Shown: piece by piece, positions 8,597-18,993 of the stretch | How positions within the stretch are numbered: position 1 is the first letter of the stretch | How the letters are laid out: each line of letters begins with the position of its first letter | NCBI RefSeq assembly: GCF_028368995.1 | Contig: NZ_JAQNDL010000001.1 | Location: forward strand, 3,136,001 to 3,200,000 | DNA: 64,000 nucleotides | Direction: 5' to 3' | DNA from: Nannocystis bainbridge | Lineage (GTDB): Bacteria > Myxococcota_A > Polyangia > Nannocystales > Nannocystaceae | The notes under the pieces: generated by a model | The model's database searches: none | Seen by the model: the letters and a program-made list of their open reading frames with translations, nothing else | Told to the model about the DNA's origin: nothing | Program-made: the position numbers and the translations under genes

Positions 8597-10804
8597 TCAG
8601 CCCGCGCGGCGGCGTCGTCGGGCCAGCCCGAGCAGCCCGAACCCCAGCAGCGAGGCCTCCGGACCGTCCGCCGCCGCCGCACAGCCGCAGCCCTCCTTGG
8701 CCGCTCCGCCCGGCGCCCCGCTGTCGGATTCGCCGGCGGTGGTCGACCCTTCACCGCCCTCGCCCGGCCCCTCGCTCGTGCCCGGCTGTCCACCCGTCGG
8801 CGCCCCCGTCGTCACACCGGTCGTCGTCGCATCGGTCGTAGCCGCGTCCGTCGTCATCCCGCCCGTCGTCGAGGTGCCCGTCGTGGCGCCCTCCGAAGTC
8901 ATCGCGCCGGTCGTCGGCTCGGGCTCGGCGGTGGTCGGCTCCCCGCCGTCGGAGGTCGCGTCCGAGTCGCTGGGATCCGGCAACGGATCGGGCTCGCCGA
9001 CCTCGTCGCCGCTGTCGAGCCCGCCGCAGTGCAGCCCGCCGCAGCACGGATCGATCATCGTCTGCGCCAGCACCTCGGTGAACATGTGCTCGAAGATCGC
9101 CGCGAAGGCCGCCTGCAGCTCGACCTGCGAGTCCCCAGCCGGGAAGAAGTCGAGCGCGCCGCCCGAGCCCCACGCCGCCATCATCGTCAGCTGCTCGACC
9201 GCCTCCGGCGCCGCGGCCAGCTCGCCGAGCCCGAGCACGTACGTGCGCACCCCGTCGGTGACCATCTGCTCGAGCGACGCCTGCACGTCCGCGTCGACCG
9301 AGTCATACGTGCCGTCCATGATCAGCACGTTGTAAAATTTCGTCTGCGCGTCGCAGGTGTGCGCCGCGTCCACGGCCAAGCAGCTCGAGCGGGCCTCGGC
9401 CAGGTGTCCCTGCACCAGCTCGAGCCCGAGGTGCACGAACGCCCCCGAACCGGCGCACGCGTCCGGCTTCTGCGGATCTTCGTCGCAGCGCGGCACATGG
9501 CTCTGCACCGACGTCGTCGGCCCGGGGAACATGATCTCGTCGGTCTTGAAGGTCCACGTGATCGGCGGCCCCCCCCACGGGTCGACGCACCCCGGCGCCA
9601 CACACGAGGTCTGCGGGTCGAGCGCCCAGGCGAGTACGCCGCCGCGGCATGGCGCGTAGTCGACGACGAGCTCGTGCTCGGCCGGCGCATCATCGCCGAA
9701 CACCGTCGCGCCGACGATCGTCCACATGTCGAGCGGCACACTCCCCCCGGCCAGCGGCAGCGTCCCCTGGTTCAGGGCTGTCTCGATCCCCCCGTTGCGC
9801 AGCAGGTCCCAGCGCGTCTGCCCCATCGCCCCGTGCACGCTGTCGCCCATCACGTTGAGCATCGACGACGACCCGTCGAGGATGAACATGACGCGCGGCC
9901 GCCTCGGGTCGCAGACCGGTTGAACGACCCCGCCGATGATCGCCTGGATCATCATCTTCAACGCGTCATTGAGCATCGACAGCTCGACGAACGCATGATC
10001 GGTGCCGCCGGCCGCCGCCAGCTCGCTGGCCTTCGCCGTGCCGGCGGCGTCGCCGACCGACAGCACGTAGGTCGGGATCGCCGCCTCGTTCCACATGGCC
10101 AGCGCGACAGCCGACGGATCGGCCTCCGGCGGCTGCAGCACCTGGGTGTTCTCCCCATCGCTCCACACGCCCTGCGTGATCACGATCAGCGCCGGCTTGC
10201 GCGCGTCCGGCCCGACCTCCTCTGGATGATCGGCGGCCGCTGCCGCGAACAGCGAGCCGGCCCGAATCAGCGCCCCCGCCGTCCACGCCCCGATCCCGCT
10301 CGGAGCCCCGTCGAGCGGCGGCGGCACTGCGGCCAGCGTTTCCTTCACGGCCACGCCGTTGCACTGAAAATAATCCTTGTCGGGCGCGAGCGGATCATAG
10401 AACCCGACATCGAGCTTCTGCCCGTCGACCAGCCCGCTCGAATCACCGACGATCGTCGTGCCCGTCTGCTCGACGTCGGGGTCGTGCCCGAAGCGCATCA
10501 GCGCCAGCATGGTGTTGCCCTGGATGTAGCCGTTGTCGCCGTCGACGATCCCTTGCACCGCCGCGACCGCTCGCTGCCAGCGCGTCTCGTCGGCGTCGAA
10601 CATCGCGTTCATCGCCGTCGAGTAGTCGAGCGCGATCAAGAACAGCGGCTTGGTGAAGGTGCATTGCCCCTCCATGACGCACACCGGGGCCGCGCGCGAC
10701 GGCTCCACGCCCACCATGGCCAGCCCCGCCCCGGCGAGGATCCCGAATTGCGAACCGATGCGCTTCCACGACCGCAGGGTCTCGCTCATGCCCCGCCAGT
10801 TCAT
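8597..10804 (-). CDS. Secreted double vWA-like domain protein with a MYXO-CTERM sorting signal
   Basis: MIDAS-like DYSTAM and DGSSSM; C-terminal GCGC + hydrophobic stretch + RRRRR; start could be ATG 10789. Confidence 0.8.
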   Translation of the reverse strand: MNWRGMSETLRSWKRIGSQFGILAGAGLAMVGVEPSRAAPVCVMEGQCTFTKPLFLIALDYSTAMNAMFDADETRWQRAVAAVQGIVDGDNGYIQGNTMLALMRFGHDPDVEQTGTTIVGDSSGLVDGQKLDVGFYDPLAPDKDYFQCNGVAVKETLAAVPPPLDGAPSGIGAWTAGALIRAGSLFAAAAADHPEEVGPDARKPALIVITQGVWSDGENTQVLQPPEADPSAVALAMWNEAAIPTYVLSVGDAAGTAKASELAAAGGTDHAFVELSMLNDALKMMIQAIIGGVVQPVCDPRRPRVMFILDGSSSMLNVMGDSVHGAMGQTRWDLLRNGGIETALNQGTLPLAGGSVPLDMWTIVGATVFGDDAPAEHELVVDYAPCRGGVLAWALDPQTSCVAPGCVDPWGGPPITWTFKTDEIMFPGPTTSVQSHVPRCDEDPQKPDACAGSGAFVHLGLELVQGHLAEARSSCLAVDAAHTCDAQTKFYNVLIMDGTYDSVDADVQASLEQMVTDGVRTYVLGLGELAAAPEAVEQLTMMAAWGSGGALDFFPAGDSQVELQAAFAAIFEHMFTEVLAQTMIDPCCGGLHCGGLDSGDEVGEPDPLPDPSDSDATSDGGEPTTAEPEPTTGAMTSEGATTGTSTTGGMTTDAATTDATTTGVTTGAPTGGQPGTSEGPGEGGEGSTTAGESDSGAPGGAAKEGCGCAAAADGPEASLLGFGLLGLARRRRRAG

Positions 10805-11058
10805 CCGCGGCGGCCGTCCGCGTCAATTCCACCTCGCGCTCCGCGCCCACGCCTCAGCTCGTCGGCCTCACCGGCGGATCACCATCTCCGAGCCGATCGC
10901 CGCCCGCGCTTCATTCCGTCGTCGCCATCACTGGCACGATCCGCACACCGATCAAGCTCCAAAAGTCTGACACCACGCTTCATCTGCCATCGACCCGAAA
11001 GATCGACGTCGTGTTTCACCGCGACCTCGAGCGACACGCGTCGCCGGCCGCCGGTCGC

Positions 11059-11376
11059 TCACGAAGCGTTCTGCTCGACCGCGGCTCGCAGGGCTGACAC
11101 CGATGCCGTGCGCAAATACACCACCTTGGTGTCGTCGGTGACGAGGTCCTTGATCTGGTCGCGGAGCGCGTGCGAGACCATGCCGACCATCACCACGACG
11201 AGCGCGATCTTGCCGGCTCCGTGACGCACGCCCGGGGGGATCCGCTGCTCGAAGTGGCGGAGCGACCAACCGAAGCGTTGCGCGACTTCGCGGTAGCGGC
11301 TCGACATCCCACCGTGTCCGCCCACGACCACGACCGTCGACTCGCTCGCCTCTTTTTTCTCCTGCTTGGTAGCCAT
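11059..11376 (-). CDS. DUF2325-like small protein
   Basis: VVVVGG...VVVMVGMVSH...VVYLRTASVSAL pattern; 105 aa. Confidence 0.75.
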   Translation of the reverse strand: MATKQEKKEASESTVVVVGGHGGMSSRYREVAQRFGWSLRHFEQRIPPGVRHGAGKIALVVVMVGMVSHALRDQIKDLVTDDTKVVYLRTASVSALRAAVEQNAS

Positions 11377-11527
11377 GCCCCTGCTTGTGCAACGCGCGGG
11401 CCAACATCGATCCGACGCATACGCGGGCGCAGGCCCCCCTGCGCCCTATTCCCAAATATTTACGTTTGTCATTTTGGCACGCGGCCGGACGACGCGGTGC
11501 CACGAGGATGATCTACCCTGCGGGGGC

Positions 11528-12718
11528 ATGCGTCTCCGCTCGCGCGTCGCGCTCCTCGCTCTCGCCCTCGCCGCCTGTGATGGTGGCTACAAGCCTCCGC
11601 CGCGCCCACCCACCCCGGCTCCGCCGACCCCGCAGCCGCAGCCTCAGCCGCGCCCCCAGCCGCAGCAGCCGGCCCCTCCACCAGCGGACCCGGCCGTCGC
11701 CATCTCCGCGCACGGCGAGCACAGCTGTATTCGCCGCAAGTCGGGTGCGGTCGCGTGTTGGGGCAAGAACAGCGACGGCCAGCTCGGCGACGGCGGCCGC
11801 GCCGACCTGCCCCGGGCCGCGCCCGTACCTGGTCTTTCGGGCATGTCCGAAGTGTCAGCCGGTGGCAACTTCACCTGCGCGCGCAAGCCCGGCGGCCAGG
11901 TGCTGTGTTGGGGCAACAACGAGGACGGCCAGCTCGGCGACGGCGCCGGCGCGCGGCCGGGCGCGCGCAGCAACACGCCCGTGACCGTCGCGGGGCTCGC
12001 CGACGCGGTCGAGCTCGTCGCCGGTGGCGCGCACGCGTGCGCCCGGCGCAAGGCCGGCGGCGCGGTCTGCTGGGGCCTCGGCGAGAACGGCCAGCTCGGC
12101 ACCCAGGCCGACCGCGCGGCCCGGCCCCTGGCTGTCCCTTCGACCAGCCGCGCCGTCCAGCTCGCGGCCGGCGACGCGCACACCTGCGCCCGCAACGACA
12201 GCGGCACCGTCCTCTGCTGGGGCCGCAACACCGAGGGCCAGCTCGGCGACGGCCTCCACGCCGGCCGCTCGACCCCCAAGCCGGTCCCCGGCCTCAGCGA
12301 CGCCGTCGACCTGGTCGCTGGCGGCAAGCACACCTGCGCCCGCCGCAAGACCGGCGGCGTGGCCTGCTGGGGTCACAACCAGGACGGCCAGCTCGGCGAC
12401 GGCACCAGCGGCACCTTCGCGCAGCGCAGCCCCGTGGTCGTCGCCGGCCTCTCCGCGCCGCTCGAGCTCGCCGCCGGCGGCTCGCACACCTGCGCGAAAG
12501 TCCAGGGTGACAAGGTCCTGTGCTGGGGCGCCGGCCGCAACGGCCAGGTTGACGGCGCCGCCGCCTCGCGCCCGCGCCCGACCCCTGTCCCCGGCCTGAC
12601 CGGCGCCGCCGCGCTCGCCCTCGGCGCCGCCCACTCGTGCGCCCTGCAGTCGTCGGGCAACATCACCTGCTGGGGTAGCGACGAGCACCGCGCCCTCGGC
12701 CCGCGCCGCCTGCCCTGA
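11528..12718 (+). CDS. RCC1-repeat lipoprotein
   Basis: LAAC lipobox; Pro/Gln linker; seven HxCA..CWGxNxxGQLG-type repeats. Confidence 0.9.
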   Translation: MRLRSRVALLALALAACDGGYKPPPRPPTPAPPTPQPQPQPRPQPQQPAPPPADPAVAISAHGEHSCIRRKSGAVACWGKNSDGQLGDGGRADLPRAAPVPGLSGMSEVSAGGNFTCARKPGGQVLCWGNNEDGQLGDGAGARPGARSNTPVTVAGLADAVELVAGGAHACARRKAGGAVCWGLGENGQLGTQADRAARPLAVPSTSRAVQLAAGDAHTCARNDSGTVLCWGRNTEGQLGDGLHAGRSTPKPVPGLSDAVDLVAGGKHTCARRKTGGVACWGHNQDGQLGDGTSGTFAQRSPVVVAGLSAPLELAAGGSHTCAKVQGDKVLCWGAGRNGQVDGAAASRPRPTPVPGLTGAAALALGAAHSCALQSSGNITCWGSDEHRALGPRRLP

Positions 12719-12720
12719 TC

Positions 12721-12915
12721 GACATGCCCTCCAGGACATGCTCTTGACGACATGTCCTGCAGAGCAGGATCGTATCGACATGCCCTGGAGGACATCGGCG
12801 GCCCGCCAGGCCGGATCGGGACAGGCCGGCGAGCCCTCGAAGGTCACCCGCTCGACGCTCCAGCGTCCGCGTCGACATGTCCCGAAGGCCATATGATATG
12901 TCCCGGCGGACATAT
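12721..12915. repeat. 14-bp palindrome arrays between convergent genes
   Basis: Junctions at 12723, 12737, 12751, 12765, 12779 and 12793; further units at 12876/12890 and 12897/12911. Confidence 0.85.
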
Positions 12916-13006
12916 CATCCCGAGCGCCGGGAGCATCGCCTCGCTCGCATGCTCCCATCCTGCCGCAACCGCGGCCCCTGGCCCATGGACCCCGATCGGA
13001 CTGACC

Positions 13007-14452
13007 TCAGCCGATCGTGCCCACCGACTGGACCGTGAATTCGCGCTGGTTGCGGAACACCACGTCGTATACCGGCAGACCCTTCGCAAGCACTGACAGC
13101 GTCGCTGCTTGCTGGATCTCCGCCAGCCGGCGGATGTCCTTACGGAGGATCCCGTACTCCGCCTCCCCGAGCGGCAGCAGCTCCGGGTGGGTCGTGAAGT
13201 AGCGCGCCACCTGCTCGCGCATGAAGTCGGCCACCTGCGGGTGGTTGACGAAGATCTGCACCCCCGCCGTGCCGCACGCCGGCGAGATCAGCGGCACGCG
13301 GGTGAACGCCCACACGCCTTGCTCGAGGCGGACATTGACGACCGCGCCCTCCTCGTGGCCGCCGCCGAGGATCACCAGGTCGAGCTCGACCATCCCGTTC
13401 CAGCGCATCGAGAACAGCGCGCGCAGGAACGCCTCGACCAGCGGGCGGCGGACCAGGTAGCGCTCGGGGTGCTGCAGCATCAGCCGCAGGTGGCCGCAGC
13501 CGAGGTTGCCGGGCGTGATCACGTGCTCCAGCATCTGCGATCGCAGCGCCTCGGGCGGGCTGTTGAGGAACGCCCGCCACTCCTTCGGCCCCGAGCTGGT
13601 CGGCGGCAACCTGTCCGAAAGTGCAGGATCGGCCCGCATCGCCGCGATCAGGTTGTTGGCCGCGGTCGTGTCGGAGTGGATGTAGAAGTGGCCGAACGTC
13701 TCGACGTAGCCCTCGAGCAGCGCGCCGATCCGCTCGAGCGGGACCGGCTGGCCCGACACGCGCTCGACCGCCGCCAGCGCCAGCAGGAACTCGCCCGCGT
13801 CGCCGCCCGGCGTGCCGACCACCGCGTGGTCGTCGCGACCGTCGACGCACGACGTCTTGCTGTGCAGCATCAGCGCCGCCATCTTGACCCACCGGACCCG
13901 CTGCGCGTCGCCGATGTGGGCCTCGATCTGCGCCTGCGCCAGCGGCCCCGGGGCCGTCTCGATCTCGAGCGGCGCCGGCGCTGGCAGGGTCGGCTGACGC
14001 AGGATCGCCTCGTCGCGCATCGTCGCGAACCCGAACTTGCGCCACGCCGAGATCCCGCCATCCATCACCGCGACGAACTCCATGCCGAGGCACTCGAGCT
14101 CCTGCGCCGCTCTGGCCGCTCGCGGTCCGCCGTTGCGCGACACCAGCACCACCGGCGTGCCCGGCGACCACCGCCCCGCCGCCTCGTGGATGCGCGCCAG
14201 CGGCAGCCACACGCTGCCTGGCACGTAGCCGAGCGGCCCGGTCAGCTCCTCCGCCTCGCGCACGTCGACCAGCTGGACCGCGCGGCCCTGGCGGCCGACA
14301 AACTCGACCGGCAGCAGCGGCGTCCCGTCGGGCGCCGTCCACAGCTGACCGAGCCAGTTGAGCTTGACCAGCCGCTCGTGGATCGGCAGCGTCAGCAGCT
14401 CGGCCGAGGTGACCTCCTTCGGGTCTGTCCGTTTCAACCTGTCCCTCCGCAC
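13007..14452 (-). CDS. Rhodanese-like domain fused to a putative metal-binding carbonic-anhydrase-like domain
   Basis: LVDVREAEE..G.VPGS..MDGGISAW (rhodanese); CVDGR..PGG..HSD..GCGH in the C-terminal part; start uncertain. Confidence 0.7.
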   Translation of the reverse strand: MRRDRLKRTDPKEVTSAELLTLPIHERLVKLNWLGQLWTAPDGTPLLPVEFVGRQGRAVQLVDVREAEELTGPLGYVPGSVWLPLARIHEAAGRWSPGTPVVLVSRNGGPRAARAAQELECLGMEFVAVMDGGISAWRKFGFATMRDEAILRQPTLPAPAPLEIETAPGPLAQAQIEAHIGDAQRVRWVKMAALMLHSKTSCVDGRDDHAVVGTPGGDAGEFLLALAAVERVSGQPVPLERIGALLEGYVETFGHFYIHSDTTAANNLIAAMRADPALSDRLPPTSSGPKEWRAFLNSPPEALRSQMLEHVITPGNLGCGHLRLMLQHPERYLVRRPLVEAFLRALFSMRWNGMVELDLVILGGGHEEGAVVNVRLEQGVWAFTRVPLISPACGTAGVQIFVNHPQVADFMREQVARYFTTHPELLPLGEAEYGILRKDIRRLAEIQQAATLSVLAKGLPVYDVVFRNQREFTVQSVGTIG

Positions 14453-14469
14453 ATGTTCATTGATTCATG

Positions 14470-15831
14470 TCACTTTGCGGCGCCGGCGGGGCGCCGGCGC
14501 AGCGCGAAGAAGTAGTACGGCAGCGGCAGCAGCAAGCAGGCCGCGGTGAGCGCGACGATCGTCGCGCCCGAGCCGGCGATCATCAGCACTACCACGGCCA
14601 GCCCGATCGAGGCGGTCCACGGCGCCCGGCGGTGTTGCTGCGGCGAGAAGCGATCGGGTTCGCGCCGCAGCAGCCTCAGCTGGGCCGCGCAGGCCGCCCC
14701 GATCGCCACCAGCGCGGTCGCCGTCGAGAGCAGGGCGATGAAGTTGTAGATCTCGAGCGTCGAGCCGCTGAAGTACAGCCCGACCAGCGCGCCCGACAGC
14801 ACCGCCGTGAGCACCAGCGCGCGCGTCGGCGTGCCGAAGCGCGGGTGCAGCTGCGCCAGCGCGCGCGGCCCCAGCCCGTCGCGCGCGGTCGCGTGGGCCA
14901 TGCGGCTGGTGACCAGCACCCAGCCGTTCAGGATCCCCGCCACTGACACCAGCGCGCCCACCGTCACCAGCGTCGCCGCCGTCGGCCCGAAGTGATGCGC
15001 CGCCACGTCCGCCAGCGGGCTCGCGCTCTTCGCCAGCAGCTCGGCGGGGACCGCCAGGCTGAGCGAGCCGAGCACCAGCAGGTAGACCACGCAGGTCATG
15101 GCGAAGCCGATGTAGACCGACTTGCGGATCGTGCGACCGGCCCCGCGGATCTCCTCGGCCGGCACCGTCACCGACTCCATGCCGACGAACAGCCACGACA
15201 CCAGCGACACCGCCGGCAGCAGCGAGCCCCAGCCCTTCGGCGCGAACGGCTGCACGTGCTCGAGCGAGGCCAGCGGCCACAGCGCCACGCTGAGGATCAC
15301 CAGCGGCGCCAGCTTGCAGATCACCGTGACCACCTGGATCGCCCCGCCCGCGCGCACTCCGATCGCGTTCGTCAGCGTCAGCGCCCACAGCAGCGCCTGA
15401 CTGACCACGAAGGCCGTCCACGGATCGCCCGCCGCCGGCCACAGCACCGCCAGGTAGCCGACGAACGCGGTGAGGAACGCCGCGTTGCCGATCACCGCGC
15501 ACAGCCAGTACAGGAACCCGACCTCGAGCCCGACAAGGTCGCCGAAGGCCCGGCGCGCGAACGCCTGCAGCCCACCCGACACCGGATAGGCCCCGCCGAG
15601 GTCGGCGAACACCGCCGTGAGGCACAGGTAGCCGGCCGCGTTGATCGCCCACGCCACCAGCCCCAGCGGCCCCGCGGTCTCGGCCAGGCTCGACGGGATC
15701 ACGTAGATCCCCGAGCCGATCATGTTGCCGACCACCAGCGCCGTGGTCGCCACGAGCCCGAGCCCGCGGAACATCCCCGAGCCCGAGGGCGGGAGAGTCG
15801 GCGTCGTCCCGGTCGTGGCGGTCACCGTCAC
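14470..15831 (-). CDS. APC family amino acid permease
   Basis: GNMIGSGIY and FVGMES..PAEEI motifs; about 12 TM segments; GTGA overlap with the upstream stop. Confidence 0.9.
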   Translation of the reverse strand: MTVTATTGTTPTLPPSGSGMFRGLGLVATTALVVGNMIGSGIYVIPSSLAETAGPLGLVAWAINAAGYLCLTAVFADLGGAYPVSGGLQAFARRAFGDLVGLEVGFLYWLCAVIGNAAFLTAFVGYLAVLWPAAGDPWTAFVVSQALLWALTLTNAIGVRAGGAIQVVTVICKLAPLVILSVALWPLASLEHVQPFAPKGWGSLLPAVSLVSWLFVGMESVTVPAEEIRGAGRTIRKSVYIGFAMTCVVYLLVLGSLSLAVPAELLAKSASPLADVAAHHFGPTAATLVTVGALVSVAGILNGWVLVTSRMAHATARDGLGPRALAQLHPRFGTPTRALVLTAVLSGALVGLYFSGSTLEIYNFIALLSTATALVAIGAACAAQLRLLRREPDRFSPQQHRRAPWTASIGLAVVVLMIAGSGATIVALTAACLLLPLPYYFFALRRRPAGAAK

Positions 15832-17084
15832 CCGATCGGCCGCAGCCGGCTCATCAGCGGCTCGACCTGCTTGCTCAGGCCCTGCTCCTTCGAGCGGCGC
15901 ACCAGGCTGCCGGCGGTGAACAGCGCGAAGCTGACGTAGTCGTACAGCAGCTCCTTGAGCTGGCGCTCGATGTTGGCCCCGGCGAACAGCGCCCTGGCGT
16001 TGTCGACCACTCGCTGGGCCTCGAACGCGCCCTTTTCGGCCGGGCCCGCGCGCGAGAACAGCTGCTCGTAGGTCGGGTCGACGAAGCTGGCCAGGTTGTT
16101 GCGCAGGATCGTGCCCTTGCCGCCCGAGTCGGCGTCCTGGTGGATCTGCTGCAGCACCGCGTTGGCGGTCTCGACCACCTCGAGCGGCCCGCCGCGCATG
16201 CGCGGCTTCTGCATCACCACGTGCTTCGACTGGATCAGCTGGAACAGCTGCTTGGTGGTCTGGAACTCGCCGAGGCCGAGCACGCGGCCGAGCTCGATCA
16301 CGCTGAGCACCCCGTCGATCGCCTCGTAGATCGCGCGGAACTCCTTGGGCGGCTCGGTGCGGCCCTCGGCGCGCTCGGGCACGTAGTCGCCGCTCGGCAC
16401 CCGCTGCCGGAAGTAGCGCATCTCGTCCATGCGCGTGACCCCGTCCATCAGCAGGTTGTTGAGGTTGAGCGAGTGGTGGAACGGGATCGCCTCGTCGTCG
16501 AAGCCGTCGAGGAAGCAGAACATCCCGTCGCCGACCTGCATCGACGCCAGCACGATCTCTTCGGCCTGCTTGCCGAGGTAGTGATAGACCTGCGAATGGT
16601 TCGAGATCCCGAGCTCGACCGCCATGTCGCCGAAGCGCAGGGTCGACTCCTTCTGCTTGTCGAGCGTGTGGCGCAGCTGGAACTCGTCGATCGCGCCGAA
16701 GCGGTACATGATCTTGCCGAACCGCTCCTCGTCGACGTCGCTGGTGGCGCACACCGCGTTGCCGGAGTCGATGAAGATGCTGCGCACGTGCTCGCCGTCG
16801 CGGACCGTCAGCTCGCCGCGCCAGTTGGCCTGGGCGATCAGGGCGATGACGTCGCACATCGTCCCGGGGTGCGTGATCTCGCCGGCCAGGCGGACGATCG
16901 CGCCGTCTTCCTCGTCGCGCCGGCCGTCCTGGCCGGTGAAGCGCATGAACACCACGTGGTTCGGCGTCGGCATCAGCCGGTACGCGCCCACGCGGGCCCG
17001 CATCTGCGTGCCCGCGTGATCGCCGTGCGGCTGCGCCACGCCTCGCTCATCGATGAAGACCAGGTCGTCTTGCGGCTTGCGCAT
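15828..17084 (-). CDS. DUF4388 domain-containing protein
   Basis: LAGEI..DVIALIAQANWRGELTV..G.FCF..LLMDGVTRMDE pattern typical of myxobacterial DUF4388 proteins. Confidence 0.75.
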   Translation of the reverse strand: MRKPQDDLVFIDERGVAQPHGDHAGTQMRARVGAYRLMPTPNHVVFMRFTGQDGRRDEEDGAIVRLAGEITHPGTMCDVIALIAQANWRGELTVRDGEHVRSIFIDSGNAVCATSDVDEERFGKIMYRFGAIDEFQLRHTLDKQKESTLRFGDMAVELGISNHSQVYHYLGKQAEEIVLASMQVGDGMFCFLDGFDDEAIPFHHSLNLNNLLMDGVTRMDEMRYFRQRVPSGDYVPERAEGRTEPPKEFRAIYEAIDGVLSVIELGRVLGLGEFQTTKQLFQLIQSKHVVMQKPRMRGGPLEVVETANAVLQQIHQDADSGGKGTILRNNLASFVDPTYEQLFSRAGPAEKGAFEAQRVVDNARALFAGANIERQLKELLYDYVSFALFTAGSLVRRSKEQGLSKQVEPLMSRLRPIG

Positions 17085-17239
17085 GCGCTGCGCGGACCTG
17101 CGTCCGCGTTCTCCGCCAGTTTGGTATCACCCGCGCGATCTGCCCGCAAGCGGCCGCGCGACCTCGGGAGCGCGTTGCGACCGGCGCCGCCGCTCGTGGA
17201 GACAGCGTTCCACGCGCCCGCGCCCGCCTCGCGCACGCC

Positions 17240-17689
17240 TCACTCGAGGCGGAACGTGAACAGCACCGTGTCTTGCGGCTCCTCCGCCCCGCCCGCGGCC
17301 GCGTACAGCCGCATCGCCGGGGTGTTGCCGCGGTCGGTCGCCACCCACGCCACGCCGCACCCGAGCTCGCGGCCCAGCGCCAGCGTCGCCTGCAGCAGCG
17401 CCTGTCCGAGCCCCTGTCCGCGGTGCGACGAGGCCACGCCGACCTCGTTGATCCACAGCTCCGGGTCGGCCTTGTCGGGGTGGAGGTAATCGACCGCCGA
17501 GACCATGCCGACCACCACCCCGTCGGCGAGCGCGACCATCAGGTGGTGGTGCCGGTCGGCCAGGAACTCGCGCGCGCGCGCCGGCACGATCGGGTCGTCG
17601 AACACGTCGGCGGCGACCTGCCCCAGCAGCTCGGCCTCGTCCGCCGCGAGCGGCCTGATCTCGAGCGTCATGGCTGCTCCTTGCGACAT
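17240..17689 (-). CDS. GNAT family N-acetyltransferase
   Basis: VASSHRGQGLG acetyl-CoA motif and NTPAMRLY; start may be ATG 17671. Confidence 0.9.
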   Translation of the reverse strand: MSQGAAMTLEIRPLAADEAELLGQVAADVFDDPIVPARAREFLADRHHHLMVALADGVVVGMVSAVDYLHPDKADPELWINEVGVASSHRGQGLGQALLQATLALGRELGCGVAWVATDRGNTPAMRLYAAAGGAEEPQDTVLFTFRLE

Positions 17690-17692
17690 GTC

Positions 17693-18694
17693 CTAGAAGA
17701 CAGCCACGGACCCGGCCCAGGTGAAGCCGGCGCCGAAGGCGGCCATCAGCACGCGCGAGCCGGGGCCGATCTTGCCGGCGCGCCACGACTCGCTGATGCC
17801 GATCGGGATGGTCGCGGCGGTGGTGTTGCCGTAGCGCTCGATGTTGTGGACGACCCGGTCCTCGGGGATCCCGAGCTTGGCGGCCACCATTTGGTTGATG
17901 CGCATGTTGGCCTGGTGCGGCACGAACATGTCGATGTCGGCCATCGTCAGGCCGGCCTTGCGGACCACCGAGTGGGCCACCTCGGGCATCTTCTCGGTGG
18001 CCCAGCGGAACACCTGCTTGCCGTTCATGCGCGGGTAATGGCGGCCCTCGGCGAACATCTCCTCGGTCAGCCGCGGCACGAACATGCTGGCCGGGGCCTC
18101 GACCCACAGCTCCTGGGCGCCGACGCCGTCGGCGTGGAGCTCGATGTTGTGGATGCCCTGGTCTTCGCGCGTGGCCTCGCCGACCACCACACAGCCAGCG
18201 CCGTCGCCGAACAGCACCGCGACGTCGCGGCCGCGCTCGTTGAACTCCATCCCGGTCGAGTGGACCTCGGCGCCGGCGACGAGCACGTTCTTGTAGACGC
18301 CGGCGCGGACCCACGCGTCGGCGACCGACAGGCTGTACAGGAAGCCCGAGCACTGGTTGCGCACGTCGAGCGCCGGCACGCCGGCGATCCCCAGCTTGTG
18401 AGCGAGGAAGCAGCCCGACCCGGGGAAGTTCACGTCCGGGCTGAGGGTCGCGAAGATCACCGCGTCGATGTCCTTCACCTCGCGGCCGGCCTGCTCGAGC
18501 GCCATCCTGGCCGCCGGCAGCGCCAGGTCGCTGGGGCCGATGCCCGAGCGCTCGATGTAGCGGCGCTCGCGGATCCCCGTGCGCTGGTGGATCCATTCGT
18601 CGCTGGTCGGCATCAACTTCGCCAGGTCGTCGTTCGTCACGACCCGCGTCGGCACGTAGTGGCCCGAACCCAGGATAGCGGCGCGCTTGGTCAT
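17693..18694 (-). CDS. fabH: 3-oxoacyl-ACP synthase III
   Basis: TSDEWIHQRTGIRER, NQCSGF, FGDGAG, VPHQAN, YGNTTAATIP and FGAGFTW motifs. Confidence 0.92.
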   Translation of the reverse strand: MTKRAAILGSGHYVPTRVVTNDDLAKLMPTSDEWIHQRTGIRERRYIERSGIGPSDLALPAARMALEQAGREVKDIDAVIFATLSPDVNFPGSGCFLAHKLGIAGVPALDVRNQCSGFLYSLSVADAWVRAGVYKNVLVAGAEVHSTGMEFNERGRDVAVLFGDGAGCVVVGEATREDQGIHNIELHADGVGAQELWVEAPASMFVPRLTEEMFAEGRHYPRMNGKQVFRWATEKMPEVAHSVVRKAGLTMADIDMFVPHQANMRINQMVAAKLGIPEDRVVHNIERYGNTTAATIPIGISESWRAGKIGPGSRVLMAAFGAGFTWAGSVAVF

Positions 18695-18993
18695 CGCCGG
18701 CATGGTGCCAGGCACGCCGCGACGTTCAAGCTGAAACCCCTTTCGCACCGCGCCTGCAGGCCGGGCGCAGGGTTTTTCGCAGGGGCAGCGCACGCGTCCG
18801 CGGACCGCGGCGCGCCCGTGGAGCGCGGCGCCACGCGATCCTGGCGGGCGCGACGGGAGGCCCGACCGCGGGACCCGGGGCGCGGACGCCAGGAGGCGCG
18901 ACGCCGGGCGGCGGACGAGGGACCAAAAGCCGAGACCGAGCAGGCGGTGTGCCGGCTCGGTCTCGTGTGGTGCGGGTTTGGGTTCCCGCGGGG

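Noticed and set aside
11473-11490. Sigma54 promoter (TTGGCACG)
   Set aside because: The -24 element is present, but there is no TTGC/GC at the -12 position.
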